Positions 12,465-24,700 of a stretch of DNA of 64,000 nucleotides are shown one piece after another (position 1 is the stretch's first letter; each line of letters starts with the position of its first letter). A program made the position numbers and the translations under genes. The notes beneath the pieces are model-generated. The model made no database searches. It was given only the letters and a program-made list of their open reading frames with translations, and was not told the DNA's origin. The DNA lies in assembly GCA_030704615.1 (NCBI GenBank), contig CM060731.1:67332001-67396000 (forward strand). The letters are read 5' to 3'. The DNA comes from Takakia lepidozioides (taxonomy: Eukaryota; Plantae; Bryophyta).

Positions 12465-12623
12465 GCTGACGTGGCAGATGACGGACAGTGCCACGTCATC
12501 ATTTACCGCCACATCAGCATGCTGACATGACGCTCACGCCACGTCAGCGTGTGTGCAGGCTCACGCCACGTCAGCTGGCGTGAGCGTACGCTCACGCGCA
12601 ACGCTCACGCCATTGCGTCGTTG
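12465..12623 (-). repeat. Right TIR/subterminal region of the MULE
   Basis: Repeated GCTCACGCCACGTCAGC, GCTGACGTGGC and GGCGTGAGC motifs ending at the CATTCACTA TSD. Confidence 0.8.
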
Positions 12624-13056
12624 CATTCACTATATGAACTTTCAAGCATCCATCGTGGGATTGGATCTTGGTGGACAATATTCATGTAAGTTCATCAAGG
12701 GCTCCATCCAAAGCCACACTACGAGAAACAAACAAACATGTCCAAATTTAAGATGCTGAACAAACTTGTGCACAGGGCTGCCCCTCTCATCAAGCTCATT
12801 AAAATTCGTATTCAACTTCCATCTTCAAGCTTGGAGAAGCTCCACCACCCAAACCCAGAATTAGGAGAGCACTCTGATTTCCATCCACTGTCACCAGAAT
12901 CAGTCAAAAATCACCCCTTCAATCAAGTGCAATTGTGGGCTGACTTCCTACCTATGCCGGGTAGACCCCACTATCAGGAAATGGTGGATGGTCTCAGTAG
13001 CTACACAGATCAATGAATGAAGCAAGACACTAGCATCTTTCCAAGAAAACATCCTT

Positions 13057-16000
13057 TCACCAGTAATCACCACAAGAACAAATCCCATCTTCAAAGTGGT
13101 GGAAAGTAGTTAGCGTCCCATACAACAATTGCTCGGCCAACAATATTTGAGATGAATTTGGTGGAGGTGTGGCAGTCTCCACACACTCGAAGATTCTTGA
13201 TGAGTCGTGCTGATCAGCCCAAAACCAAAGGCCAGCTTCTCACTGTGGTGGCTAAGAGAAAATTCCTTTCCTCCACATCATGCAATAAAAAGGGTGTGTC
13301 AGGCACATACCCTCCGCCTCCTTCATTTGCCCATACAATCTTCTCAGCTCAGCATGGATTTCCTTAATTCTGGGATGCAACTTATCATCTGGCTCCTTTC
13401 TAACCCCTCTGACCTTCATCATTCTTCTCACCTTTGCAGTATCATCCCACCTGCCATGGATGTTTGATATAGCACCACATAAGTCGTGGCATCCTGTTCA
13501 TCCCACTTGAGGATAGATGTTACCACACATTCAACCATCTCCACATTGCCATGGATTCTGCAGGCACCAAGCAAGGCCTTCCACACCACAACATCTAGAT
13601 TGATTGGCATTTTATTAATCAGGTCCACTGCCTCATCCAGTTGTCCCGCACGTCCAAGAAGGTCCACCATGCAGCCAAAGTGCTTTACTGTCAGATTGAT
13701 ACCATGATCTTCATTCAGGGAATCGAAGTAGCATCTTCCTTCATTCAGTAGGTCGGTGTGGCTGCAAGCAGAGTGAACACATATAAAGGTGATACTGTCC
13801 GGCTTCGAGCCTTTCTTTTGCATTCCTTCAAATAGTTGCAGGACCTCCCTATGACAACCATGCTGGGTATATCCTGCGATCATCGCATTCCATGACACCA
13901 CATTTCATTCAGCCATATTGTCAAATACTCCCTTTGCATCCTCATTGCACTCACATTTCGCATACAAGTGAACCAGGGCAGTGTGCAAAATGACATTTGG
14001 TACAATTCCAGCTTTGATGATGTCACCATGAACCTCTTTGCCCTTTTCCAGGGCTGCCAGGCTTGCACACGCATTGCAAACGCACACAAATGTGATGTGG
14101 TCGGGCTTCACCCCTTCCCCCAGGCCTCCATCCCGCACCCCTGCTGTGCATATCCTACAAGCATGGCGTTCCATGACACCAAATCTCGTTCAGCCATATT
14201 GTTGAACACTCCCTCCACATCCTCAATGCTCCCACATTTGGCATACATGTCTACGAGGGTATTGTTCAGAATGACATCTAGTATAATTCCAGCTTTGGCG
14301 ATGCAACCATGCACCTCTTTGCCCCTTTCAGGGCTGCCAGGCTTGCACACGCATTGCAAACACAAACAAATCTGATGTGGTTGGGCTTCCCCCTTTGCGC
14401 AAAATCTGCTCATAGGTCTCAAAAGCATTCCTACCACACCCATGCTTGGTAAATCCTGCCAACATTATATTCCACGTGATCAAGATCGTTGAGGCATTCT
14501 GTTGAATGCTTCCGCATCTTTTGCTCATAGGTCCCCAAAGCCTCCATCCCACACCCATGCTGGGCATATCCTCTGACCATCGCATTCCACGACACCACAT
14601 CCCGTTCAGCCATGTTGTCAAATACTCTCTTTGCAACCTTCATGCTCCCGCATTTCGCATACATGTCAACAAGGCTATTGTTCAAAATCAGATTTGGTAC
14701 AAGTCCAGCTTTCATATGTCAACATGGACCTCTTTGCCATTTTCCAGGGCTGCCAGTCTCGCACAAGCCTTGAGAATGCAAGCAAATGTGACCTGATCGA
14801 CATCACCCCTTGTTGTATCAGTTGATCATATGTCTCGAAGGCATTCCTACCACAACCATGCTTGGTATATCTTGCCACCATATTGTTGAACACTAGACAG
14901 GCCTCCCTTACACTCCCATATTTGGCATACATCTTAACAAGGGCAGTCTCCCAATTAATGTATGACAAAATTCCAGCTTTGATAATGTCAGCATGGATAT
15001 CTTTGCCCTTCTCCAGGGCCACCATGCTGGCACCAACATTGAGAACACAAATGAATGTGGCTTGCACACGCATTACAAATGCACACAAACGTGATGTGGT
15101 CGGGCTTCCCCCCTTCCCCCATCATGGACCTCTTTGCCCTTTTCCAGGGCTGCCAGGCTTGCACAAGCATTGCAAACGCTCACAAACGTGATGTGGTTGC
15201 ATTTCACCCCTTCCCCCATCATTTGCTCATGGATATGATCCAAGGCCTCCATCCCGCGCCCCTGCTGTGCATACCCTGCAAGCATGGCGTTCCATGACAC
15301 CAAATCTTGTTCAGCCATATTGTTGAACACTCCCTCCGCATCCTCAATGCTCCCACATTTGGCATACATGTCCACGAGGGTATTGTTCAGAATCACATCT
15401 GTACAATTCCAGCTTTGGCGATGCAACCATGCACCTCTTTGCCCTTTTCCACGGCTGCCAGGCTTGCACACGCACTGCAAACGCACACAAACGTGATGTG
15501 GTCGCGCTTCACCCCTTCCCCCATCATTTGCTCATAGGTCTCCAAGTCCTCCATCCCACGCCCTGCTGTGCATATCCTGCAAGCATCACGTTCCACGACA
15601 ACAAATCTCGTTCAGCCATATTGTTGAACACTCCCTCTGCACCTCAATGCTCCCACATTTGGCATACATGTCCACCGGGGCAGTGTTCAGGATCACACCT
15701 GGTGCAGTTCCAGCTTTGGCGATGCAACCATGCACCTCTTTGCCCTTTTCCAGGGCTGCCAGGCTTGCACACGCATTGCAAATGCACACAAACGTGATGT
15801 GGTCGGGCTTCACCCCTTCCCCCATCATTTGCTCATAGGTCTCCAAAGCCTCCATCCCACGCCCCTGCTGTGCATACCCTGCAAGCATTGTGTTCCACGA
15901 CACCACATCTTGTTCAGCCATTTGAAAACTCCCTTCGCATCCTTCATGCACCCAGATTTGGCATACATGTCCACTAGGGCAGTGTTCAAGATGACATCTG

Positions 16001-17180
16001 TTACAAATCCAGCTTTGACGATGTCACCATGGACCTCTTTCCCCTTTTCCAGAGCTCCTAGGCTTGCACACGCATTGCAAACACAAACAAATGTGTTGCA
16101 GTTGGGCTTCACCCCTTCGCACATCAATTGCTCATAGGTCTCCAAAGCCTCCATCCCGCATCCTTGTTGTGCATATCCTACAATCATCGCACTCCACGAC
16201 CCACATCTCATTCAGCCATACTGTCGAACACTCCCTTTGCATCCTCGATGCACTCACATTTGACATACATGTCCAGCAGGGCAGTGTTCAGAATGACATC
16301 GGGTACAATTCCAGATTTGACGGTGTCACCATGGACCTCTTTGCACCTTTCCAGGGCTGCCAGGCTTGCACATGCATTGCCAATGCAAACAAACGTTATG
16401 CGGTTGGGCTTCACCCCTTCGCACATCATTTGCTTAGAGGTCTCCTAAGCCTCCATCCCGCACCCTTGTTGTGCATATCCTGCAATCATCGCACTCCACG
16501 ACACCACATCTCATTCAGCCATACTATCAAACATTCCCTTCATACATGTCCACGAGGGTATAATTGTTCAGAATGACACTCGGTACAATTGCAGCTCTGA
16601 CAATGTCGCCATGGACCTCTTTCACCCTTTTCCAGAGTTGCCAGGCTTGCACATGCATCGCAAATGCACACAAATGTGATGTGGTCGGGCTTCACCCCTT
16701 CCCCCATCATTTGATCATACGTCTCCAAAGCCTTCATACCACGTCCTTGCTGTGCATACCCTGCAAGCATCGTCTTCCATGACACCACATCTCGTTCAAC
16801 CATAGTGTTGAAAACTCCCTTCGCATCCTTAATGCACCCACATTTAGCATACATGTCCACCAGGGCAGTGTTCAGAATGACATCTGGTACAATTCCAGCT
16901 TTGATGATGTCACCATGGACCTCTTTCCCCTTTTCCAGAGCTCCCAGGTTTGACATGTTGACAAGGGTGTTGAGGAGAAAAACACTTGGCGTGAATCCAC
17001 TTTGGATAATGTGAGTGTGCACCTGCTTTCCAACTTCCAGACCTTTCATCTTGATGCACTTAAGCAAGAGACAGACAAACGTATCTGAATCTGCTGAAAT
17101 GCCTCCTACATTTGGCATACATGTCCGAGGGTATTGTTCAGAATCACATATGGTATAATTCTTGTTTTCGCGATGCAACC
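13057..17180 (-). pseudogene. PLS-class PPR protein with E and DYW deaminase domains (organellar RNA-editing factor type), heavily frameshifted
   Basis: About a dozen P-L-S triplets (DVVSWNAM..GYAQ.G.G.EAL / GVKPDHITFVCVCNACASLAALEKGKEVH / DVILNTALVDMYAKCG). E domain HFGCMVDLLGRAG...WKALLGACRIHG. HHSEKLA at ~13232-13251, [10 protein letters not shown], and CSCGDYW* with TGA at 13057-13059. A frameshift lies within the DYW domain. Confidence 0.92.
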
Positions 17181-18445
17181 ATGCACCTCTTTGCCCTTTT
17201 CCAGGGCTGCCAGGCTTGCAAACGCACAGACGTGATGTGGTCGGGCTTCACCCCTTCCACCATCATTTACTCATAGGTCTCCAAAGCCTCCATCCCACGC
17301 CCCTGTTGTGCATAAGCATGGCGTTCCGCGGCACCACAGTTCATTCAGCCACATTGTTGAACACTGTTATCTGTTTTTGGATACTTTCTTGCTGCCACAT
17401 TGGCAGTTACTTATCAAAGTCATTCCACCCAGACAATCTTCTCAGCTCAGCATGGATTTTCCTTAATTTTGGGATGCAACTTGTCATCTACAACGAAGGT
17501 GTGCACCCTATTGCCAACCTCAATGCAGTAGCGACCTGGCTCCTGGCTCCTTTCTAACCCCTCTGACCGTGATCATTCTTCTCACCTTTGCAGTATCATC
17601 CCACCTGCCAGCTGCGGCATAGATGTTTGATAGCAACACATAAGTCACGCCATCTCCACATTGCCATGGGTTCTGTAGGCGCCAAGCAAGGCCTTCCACA
17701 CCACAAGGCATTCCCTAAACAGACAATTGCCTCAACTCCACCTTCTGTGATGTGGGCATGTACACACCTGTCCTGTTCCATTGCTGCTGGCCGGTGCAGG
17801 CGTTGAGGATGGTAACAAATGTGAGCTTGTCAGGCTTCATACCTACTCGTTGCATTTTCCAGAAGAGTTCAAATGCCTCTATTGCGCCCTTGCTGAATGT
17901 ATCCTGCAATCATTGCATTCCATGAAACCACATCTTGTTCAGGCATATTGTTAAAGACTCGGCATGCATCCACCAGACTCCCAAACTTGACATACATGCT
18001 GAGAAGGGTGTTTCCCATACAGACATCTGACTCAAAGCCAGCTTCAATGATGTGGGCATGGACCATCACGCCTTCTAGTTGCATTTGCCGAAAGAGCTCA
18101 AATGCCTCTTCCGTGAGCATTCCATGAAATCACATCTCGCCTAGACATTTTTCAAACATCTTTCGCGCATCCACCAAACTCCCACACTTGGCATACATAT
18201 GGACAAGGCTAGTTCCTACATAAACATCTGATTCAAATCCAGCTTTGACAATGTGGGCATGAAGCCCCTTGCCCTGCCCTAGAGCTGCTGGGCTGGCACA
18301 CCTTTTGAGGATGTAAGTGAGAGTGACCTTGTCGGGCTCTACACCTTCTTGTGGCATTTGCCCAACGAGTTCAAATGCCTCTTCACCATGCCCTTGCTCA
18401 GTACATCCTGCAATTATTGCAGTCCAAGAGACCACGTCTCATTTC
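17180..18445 (-). pseudogene. Further PPR pseudogene fragments (PLS repeats plus partial E/E+ region)
   Basis: VSWTAIIAGC...EPDKVTL...GTSLVHMYAKCGSL; TYVLLSNIYAAAGRWDDTAKVRRMITVRGVRKEPG. ~17435-17610 resembles ~13337-13460. Confidence 0.82.
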
Positions 18446-18489
18446 GACATTTTGGCATCAAATGCCAAAATTTCATTGAACCAGCTAAC

Positions 18490-18831
18490 TTGCAGAATTC
18501 AACATGGAAATTTAGGGCCGACTCTGACAAGAGGGAAAAACTGGGTGAAATGTGTTGAAGAAGGTGCCTGAACATTAGCAGTGCCTTGTTCTATCATTTG
18601 TGCCGCTGCCGCTGCTGTTTCCAGTTGACCATCTACCCAACGACCTAACTTGCAGAATTCAATATGCATCTCAGGGCCGAGTCTGATGAGAGGGCAAAAC
18701 AGAAATAGGTCGAAGAAGGTGCCCTCACCACATTGAGTCCTTGAAAATTCAATATGCATCTCAGGGCCGAGTCTGATGAGAGGGCAAAAGAGGCTGAAAT
18801 AGGTCGAAGAAGAAGGTGCCCTCACCACATT
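18490..18831. repeat. ~90-bp tandem duplication (two near-identical copies plus a diverged upstream copy)
   Basis: AATTCAATATGCATCTCAGGGCCGAGTCTGATGAGAGGGCAAAA...GAAGGTGCCCTCACCACATT at ~18656 and ~18746; diverged copy at ~18496. Confidence 0.8.
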
Positions 18832-19169
18832 TTCCTTGACCTTGTGGCATGATCCATGGAGGATTTGACCATCAACCCAAAAGGACCCCTTGTGTGTGCT
18901 GCTTGTGTCAGGTGATGTCGGATTGGTCTGTGAGAACCAACACGGTGCAGCTGAGCAGGCATAGATTGAAACATAGCCTGCTAAGACCGAGCTGACTCTC
19001 CTAAGAACCTTGTAAACATAATCAGGAAGAATATCAAATCATGGTACTAACAGGAGCCAAAAGCCCACATGTGCAGGATGGACAAACTTCTTCACATCGT
19101 ACATTAAGAAAAAGCCACACCTTGCGATTGCGGTTGTCCCACCATCGTGAGTGACATATGAATGACATA

Positions 19170-19760
19170 TGGTACAATTCCAGCTCTGACGATGTCACCA
19201 TGGACCTCTTTCCCCTTTTCCAGAGCTCCCAGGCTTGCACACGCATTGCAAACACAAACAAATCTGATGTGGTTGGGTTTCACCCCTTTGCGCAGAATCT
19301 GCTCATAGGTCTCAAAAGCATTCCTACCACACCCATGCTTGGTAAATCCTGCCAACATTATATTCCACGTGATCAAGATCGTTGAGGCATTCTGTTGAAT
19401 GCTTGGTAAGCATCCATGATGCTCCCGCCATTAACGTACATGTTGACAGGGGTGTTGAGTAGAAAAACATTTGGTGGGAATCCACTTTGGATAATGTGCG
19501 TGTGCACTTGCTTTCCAGCTTCCAGACCTTTCATCTTGATGCACTTAAGCAAGAGACAGACATAGGTATCTGAATGCCTCCTTGGCTTAAAGTCTGTAGA
19601 GCCTCTGTCAATTTGCCTGCCTCACAAAGCATCTTCACATGCACAGAAGTACTAGAAGAGGCATTGTGGACTCCCTCTCTCGATCCTCTTTCAGAAGCTC
19701 GAGCACGCGGGGGCATCCCTTCCCCGCGCTGCTTTTCGGGCATTTCGGGCAGATTCCAAA
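19170..19760 (-). pseudogene. N-terminal PPR gene fragment
   Basis: VKMLCEAGKLTEALQTL...ITWNIMLAGFTKHGCGRNAFETYEQ. 19220-19403 is near-identical to ~14330-14511, and 19438-19575 to ~16952-17090. Confidence 0.8.
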
Positions 19761-20325
19761 GAAATTGACGACGACGATGACGTGTCTACGATGACCTGGC
19801 ACTATGACATCCTATTCCTGCTCTACGCTAAACTAGCTTCCGACCTTGGGCCGTCGCTAGAATTTATCTACATATCTTCAGGTGTTTTGTGGGCCCAACA
19901 GACTCGCTCCCCCTCTCGCTTCCCCTGCGCGCGGCCCAGGGTGACTTACAGCCGGGTAGGGGTCGCCCCACCCTGCGCGACCCCTATGCCACCCGCGGGC
20001 CCCGCCACAACCACACGTGCCGGCATTCAAGTCCCAATTATCAAACAATGAGAAGCGGTAGGTTGCAGCTTAAATCCTTATAGTACAACCACTCCTGCTT
20101 TTCATCCAAAATCCTGAGAGAAGGGAGTAAGGCCCGAGAAGAATTTGGAGCTCCACATATGTGAAGCTTTCCCCGCTAGGAAAGCGAGCTCCAGCGAGCT
20201 AACTAATATAACTAGAGCCGAGTTACCAAGGCAACACCAAGCCTAATACTAATACTAAGCCTATCCGGCGCGAGAGGGATGAAAAACCCGCAACAAGAAA
20301 ACCTTGCACCTATAATTTGGGCTTA

Positions 20326-20657
20326 GAGCATCTCCACGGGGTGCACCAAACAACACTACAACGGTAAAGGACCGTGGCCTTCAACACTACCCTCCCCCAC
20401 CGGCAACCCCATCAAACTACCCTGCACATGTCATTTTTGCTGACGTGCCTTGCTACGGAGGGCCCACTTGGCAAACACGGCCTTACCCTCACGCCATAAA
20501 TGCACGCAGTTGTGCTTTTTAGTCTCTCCAGTAGGTACCGGCCAGGCTTAGTGGCCCCATATCCTGCACCAAAGTACGGGGCCGGGGGTGCGGATACTAG
20601 GGCCAGGGGCTCCTTTGCTGTTGCCGTAGCATTTAGAGACCCCTGGTAGAGATACTC
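20326..20657. mobile_element. Tourist-like (PIF/Harbinger) MITE, ~330 bp
   Basis: TTA-GAGCATCTCCACGGGGT at the left end; ACCCCTGGTAGAGATACTC-TAA at the right end (reverse complement GAGTATCTCTACCAGGGGT). The flanking trinucleotides are TTA and TAA, so not an identical TSD. Confidence 0.55.
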
Positions 20658-20949
20658 TAAGGGCAAAACTCATTGGGGGGAAAACCCCAATTATGTTACA
20701 ATTGTGATGCAGAAACTTAACCGAAAGCTAATCCTCTAAGATTTGTTCCACCTCCTCAAGCACCGAATGGAATTGGTCCATAAGAAGACCTTTTATTGAA
20801 AATCCAAGACAAATCAAGCATGGCTGCAGCTTGGACCATAAAGAAGAAGGTGAACTGCAACAGTCCAGCTCAGAATCACTTGCACTCATGCACGCACAGG
20901 GGTTAGAGAAATTCTCCTGTCTTCAATATTCAAGCAGGTGAGATCAAAG

Positions 20950-21790
20950 ACCAGTTTACAGTGGAGGCATATGCACAGGTTGGTCTAAGGGAGGAGCTGA
21001 ATTGTGTTGTGGAATTAACACAAGCTTCCTGCCGCGCACCTTCTCAGAGATAAGATAGGGCCCCTCAATGCATTTCGAGGACTTGGAGACAATCTTGCCC
21101 AGCTGCAACCGAACACAGACGGTCTGGCCCATTGAGAATTCTTCAGAGTACTGAACCTTTCTGTTGTGATTGCGAGCCTTGCACAGCTTGTGCCCGAACA
21201 ATGTTAGTTCAGGCCGTAGTTTCAAACTTAAGTTTCTTTGAAAGCATGGCAACAAATTGTTGCCAATCAGAAGGCTCTGCATTGGGAGCCGGCAATGGAG
21301 TATCATGGAGTGGAGTACAAGCCTCCCTGCCATACAGAAGCTCAAAAGGTGAGTATTTGGTAGTAGCTGAATGCACAGAAGTCAGATAAGCAAAAATCAA
21401 GGTGAGAAGAGTAGTATCTCATTTTTTTTCCCTTTTTTTATATTGAATGTCAAGTTGGAATTCCTACAGGAATATGGCTCTAGCAAGTCTACCATACAAT
21501 TCACATGCCCTAAGCAAGGTTTTGAAAGACAGATAATCCGTCTCAACAGTGAATTTGTTGCCATATAAATACTGTTTGAAATGCTTAACACCAAAAACAA
21601 GAGCCGGCCCGACCTCTTTGTCAGTATGGAGTTTTTGCATTCATGCTTGTCTAGCTTCCTAGAAACATTAGCAATAACGTGCTCATTTCCGTCAACTATT
21701 TGGCAAAGAATAGCAAATATTAAAACATCTGATGCATTAGTTTGCAATTGAAATGGTATCTGGAAGTTGGGCAACATTAACACGGGGGGT
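20950..21790 (-). mobile_element. Degraded Ty3/Gypsy pol remnant (RNase H start joined to integrase C-terminal part)
   Basis: PFQLQTNASD...ILCQIVDGNEHVIANVSRKL; FAYLTSVHSATTKYSPFELLYGRE; EGPYLI. Confidence 0.8.
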
Positions 21791-24700
21791 CAGAGCAACC
21801 TTTAACCGACGAGGTGGGTTAGGCTCAAGAACCGCCCACTCGGAAAAATGCTTCACTATTTAGCAAAGGGTCAGCGGCCAAAGGGAGATATCTTTTTCTA
21901 ACTTTCTACCTGTAAGTGCAGAGTTCAAAATCTTTACTCGCATGACAAAGTGTTTGACATAACTAGCCCTATCTAATTACCTTCCAAGTCTTTTTTAATT
22001 TCGGTTAACACGGGTAGTTTACATAGGAGTTCGTTGGGGCTTCTCCGGAGGTCATTTCCAATGTGGGGGACGTAATTTTGGAGCTTTTTCCAAGGCGTGG
22101 GGGCAAGTGTACACACAAGCGCCTTACTGTAGAGAATGGTACAATCAAGTTGAAGTTGAAAAGATGCAAACACTCATGCACCGAGAATGGTGGTCCTCTG
22201 GATATTTAAGCAGTTTATGTCTTAAGACCCTCCTGCAAGTTATTTCTTATGAAGGGTTTGCCTGCCCCCTTTTGCACACAAAGACGGCAGTGTGTGCCAA
22301 CGGATAGAATCGTGTAGCCATAATTTCATGACCAAGCAACCACAGCTAGAATTGCATCAATTTCACGCCCACTGCTTCTTAGAAATCTCCAATCAAAGAC
22401 ATAATTTCTGAATTGTTAGCACAGAATACTTCTGAGCCAGAACACTCGAACGGAAATTGTGTGGCAGAAAATCTGATTGTCTGCAGAAACAGCTGGCATG
22501 TCGGTGAGCTGCCATCAGCAAACGGGGTTACAGGGAAAGGGCGTGATTACCCAAAGCACAAAGGCTGCCAGCAACCGACCCATACACCCATTCCCATTCG
22601 AAAATGGCGGACTGTTATACAATTAGTAAAGTGCAGTGCTGCCAGCTCGTGTTAAGTATGTACCAGCTTTCACACAAAGTAAGCTTCACCACCGTCCTTG
22701 CAAAGCATCTGTAAGTGCTGTGAATGTTGCGCAACGTCAACATCAGAGTAGGGATCAGCTCTAGCAGCGTTGTATGGATTCATTGCATCATGCCCATTCT
22801 GTAGCTCTTTTTGGTGAAGTCTTGCAGCCTCAACTGCTGACCCAAATTGAGAGACTTCCCTCAATGCAATGTAGTCTCGCTCACCACTACGCATGCCTCC
22901 TTTGTGACATCAAACTCTGGGAATCCTGCCTCTTCTGAGAAATTGCTGCTCTGAAAAAATCGTGCCACGACGTGGTCCCAGTGCTGTCTTGAGGTGGATT
23001 CTCTTTTCCCCATGGTTTTTATGACTTTTGCCTCATGAGTCGTAGAGTACAAAATTGCATCTTTGTGGTGTAGTCCCCACTAGAACTCACTATAGATTCT
23101 CCGGCGTATCGTATGCTTCTTTCGGTTATACAACAACCATCTGCATTCACAGATGTTGTGAAACAATATTCCAAAGCCAGTAGGAACCACCATACTTTTG
23201 CCACAGTTGAGGCTTTCTCCACTTTGGTTTCTTTCATGTTCAAGTGGAGAATAGGGAGTCTAGAGAGAATGATAGAAAGAAATTACTTTGTGAAGTCCAT
23301 TGAAAAGTCAAATAGCTTATGTAAGACACAGTTTGTGTCTAGAAGAAGAGCTAAAAAAGTTTGAAACTTGAATTTGCATATGGACTCACTATCCAAGACT
23401 TATACAACACTGAAAATAACGACCAAACAAAAGGTGGTAAGCATCACATCATGTTGGGTTTCCATCCATTGCACCTAGCCCAAAAGTTGTCAACAGTTGG
23501 AATTAGTGATAGAAGGGCCACTTGTTGACTTCTGCACCTCGATATTATGATATACCATACTAGAGTCCAAGCTTTACCAAAGAGTCCAAGCTTTGCGAAA
23601 CATAAGACAAAAAAGATGACGGTATCCTTTTGAGTTTTTCGTTTTGAATGTTGTTTCATAGGAAGGCATGCACCGAAACAAGTTGGTGTTCATGAGATCA
23701 TTAGTGAGCAACATTGAAACTTAAGAATATTTATGTGAATAATACTTTTTGGGGTCAACATGTTTGCAACAATGCAATAGAAAAAACTGGTCGAAAGAAT
23801 CGGGGCCATCATTTGAGAAACATAAGCAAATAATGTCATAGCAGAAAGCATAATGTTGATCCGGCAGTGCATTGCAGTTTTATCCTTGACACAAAGGTAC
23901 ACATTCCTTCCATGTAGGGAGGGAAATCAACAGAGAATTCAGTGTGGTAGTGGGACTGAGAAGAAACAAACTTTGGTATGTCCACAGGGAGAGAAAGACT
24001 AACTATTACCATCTAGAACCAATGAGGCTGAAGTCATCACTATCTTCGTAGAGAATGCTGCGCACAGCTCTGGTGAAAGCTGCGGTAGCTGAAATGTCCT
24101 GTCCATCCTCGAAGGTCAGCTGTTCATAAGGGGGAGGTGGACCAAGTGCAGCCTGCAGGGTTGGCAATGTTGTAATTTTTCTCGTTTAGGCTTGCAAAAT
24201 CCGTAGTCAAGGCACACACTTACCGGTTGCAACATGTCCACTATTGGACTAAAACAAACCCGATGGTTTTTTTGGACCAGTTTTGTGGCTTGCACCTTGC
24301 AAAACAAGGCAATTTCCGCTGGCCTTAAGTTCCATTAAATGTAGATTTTTTCAATGAGCTCAATCAAATATTATTGATCATGTGGGATCTGAATAGGCAG
24401 GTCCACATTGAATTCAGCCATACAATTGTTGGATGGTCAACAAAAGATTGAGCCTCCTTATCTTTACTCTTCCTAGCTTCTCATTCTTCCTTCGGCAATA
24501 CAAGACTCTGGCCTAGACTAAATAAGAGCTGCTTCTCTTGCAGGTACTGTCCTGTGTGGCTACCGAATTTATCGGTCAGTGTCTCTCTATTACCTCTGCC
24601 CATAGATCTGTTTCGTTTGCTTCATCATAACTGGATGACCAAGAGGCTAAAGCGAGCATAGTCCCATGAGTGCAACTCTTTGGGCGTGGTCTGTATGAGG

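Larger units (their letters stand above)
1132..12623. mobile_element. Mutator-like (MULE) DNA transposon, 11,492 bp, full-length but decayed, carrying a transposase and a ParB-like/amino-methyltransferase cargo gene
   Basis: Exact 9-bp direct repeat CATTCACTA at 1123-1131 and 12624-12632. Left end CAGGGATGCCTCGGCGTGAGC vs reverse complement of the right end CAACGACGCAATGGCGTGAGC (15/21), then shared GCGCGTGAGCG...CGCTCACGCCA. A MULE-type DDE transposase lies inside. Confidence 0.9.

Noticed and set aside
18683-18803. Hammerhead ribozyme (CTGATGA...GAAA...GTC in a 90-bp tandem repeat)
   Set aside because: The core words are present, but stems I and II cannot base-pair in either copy.
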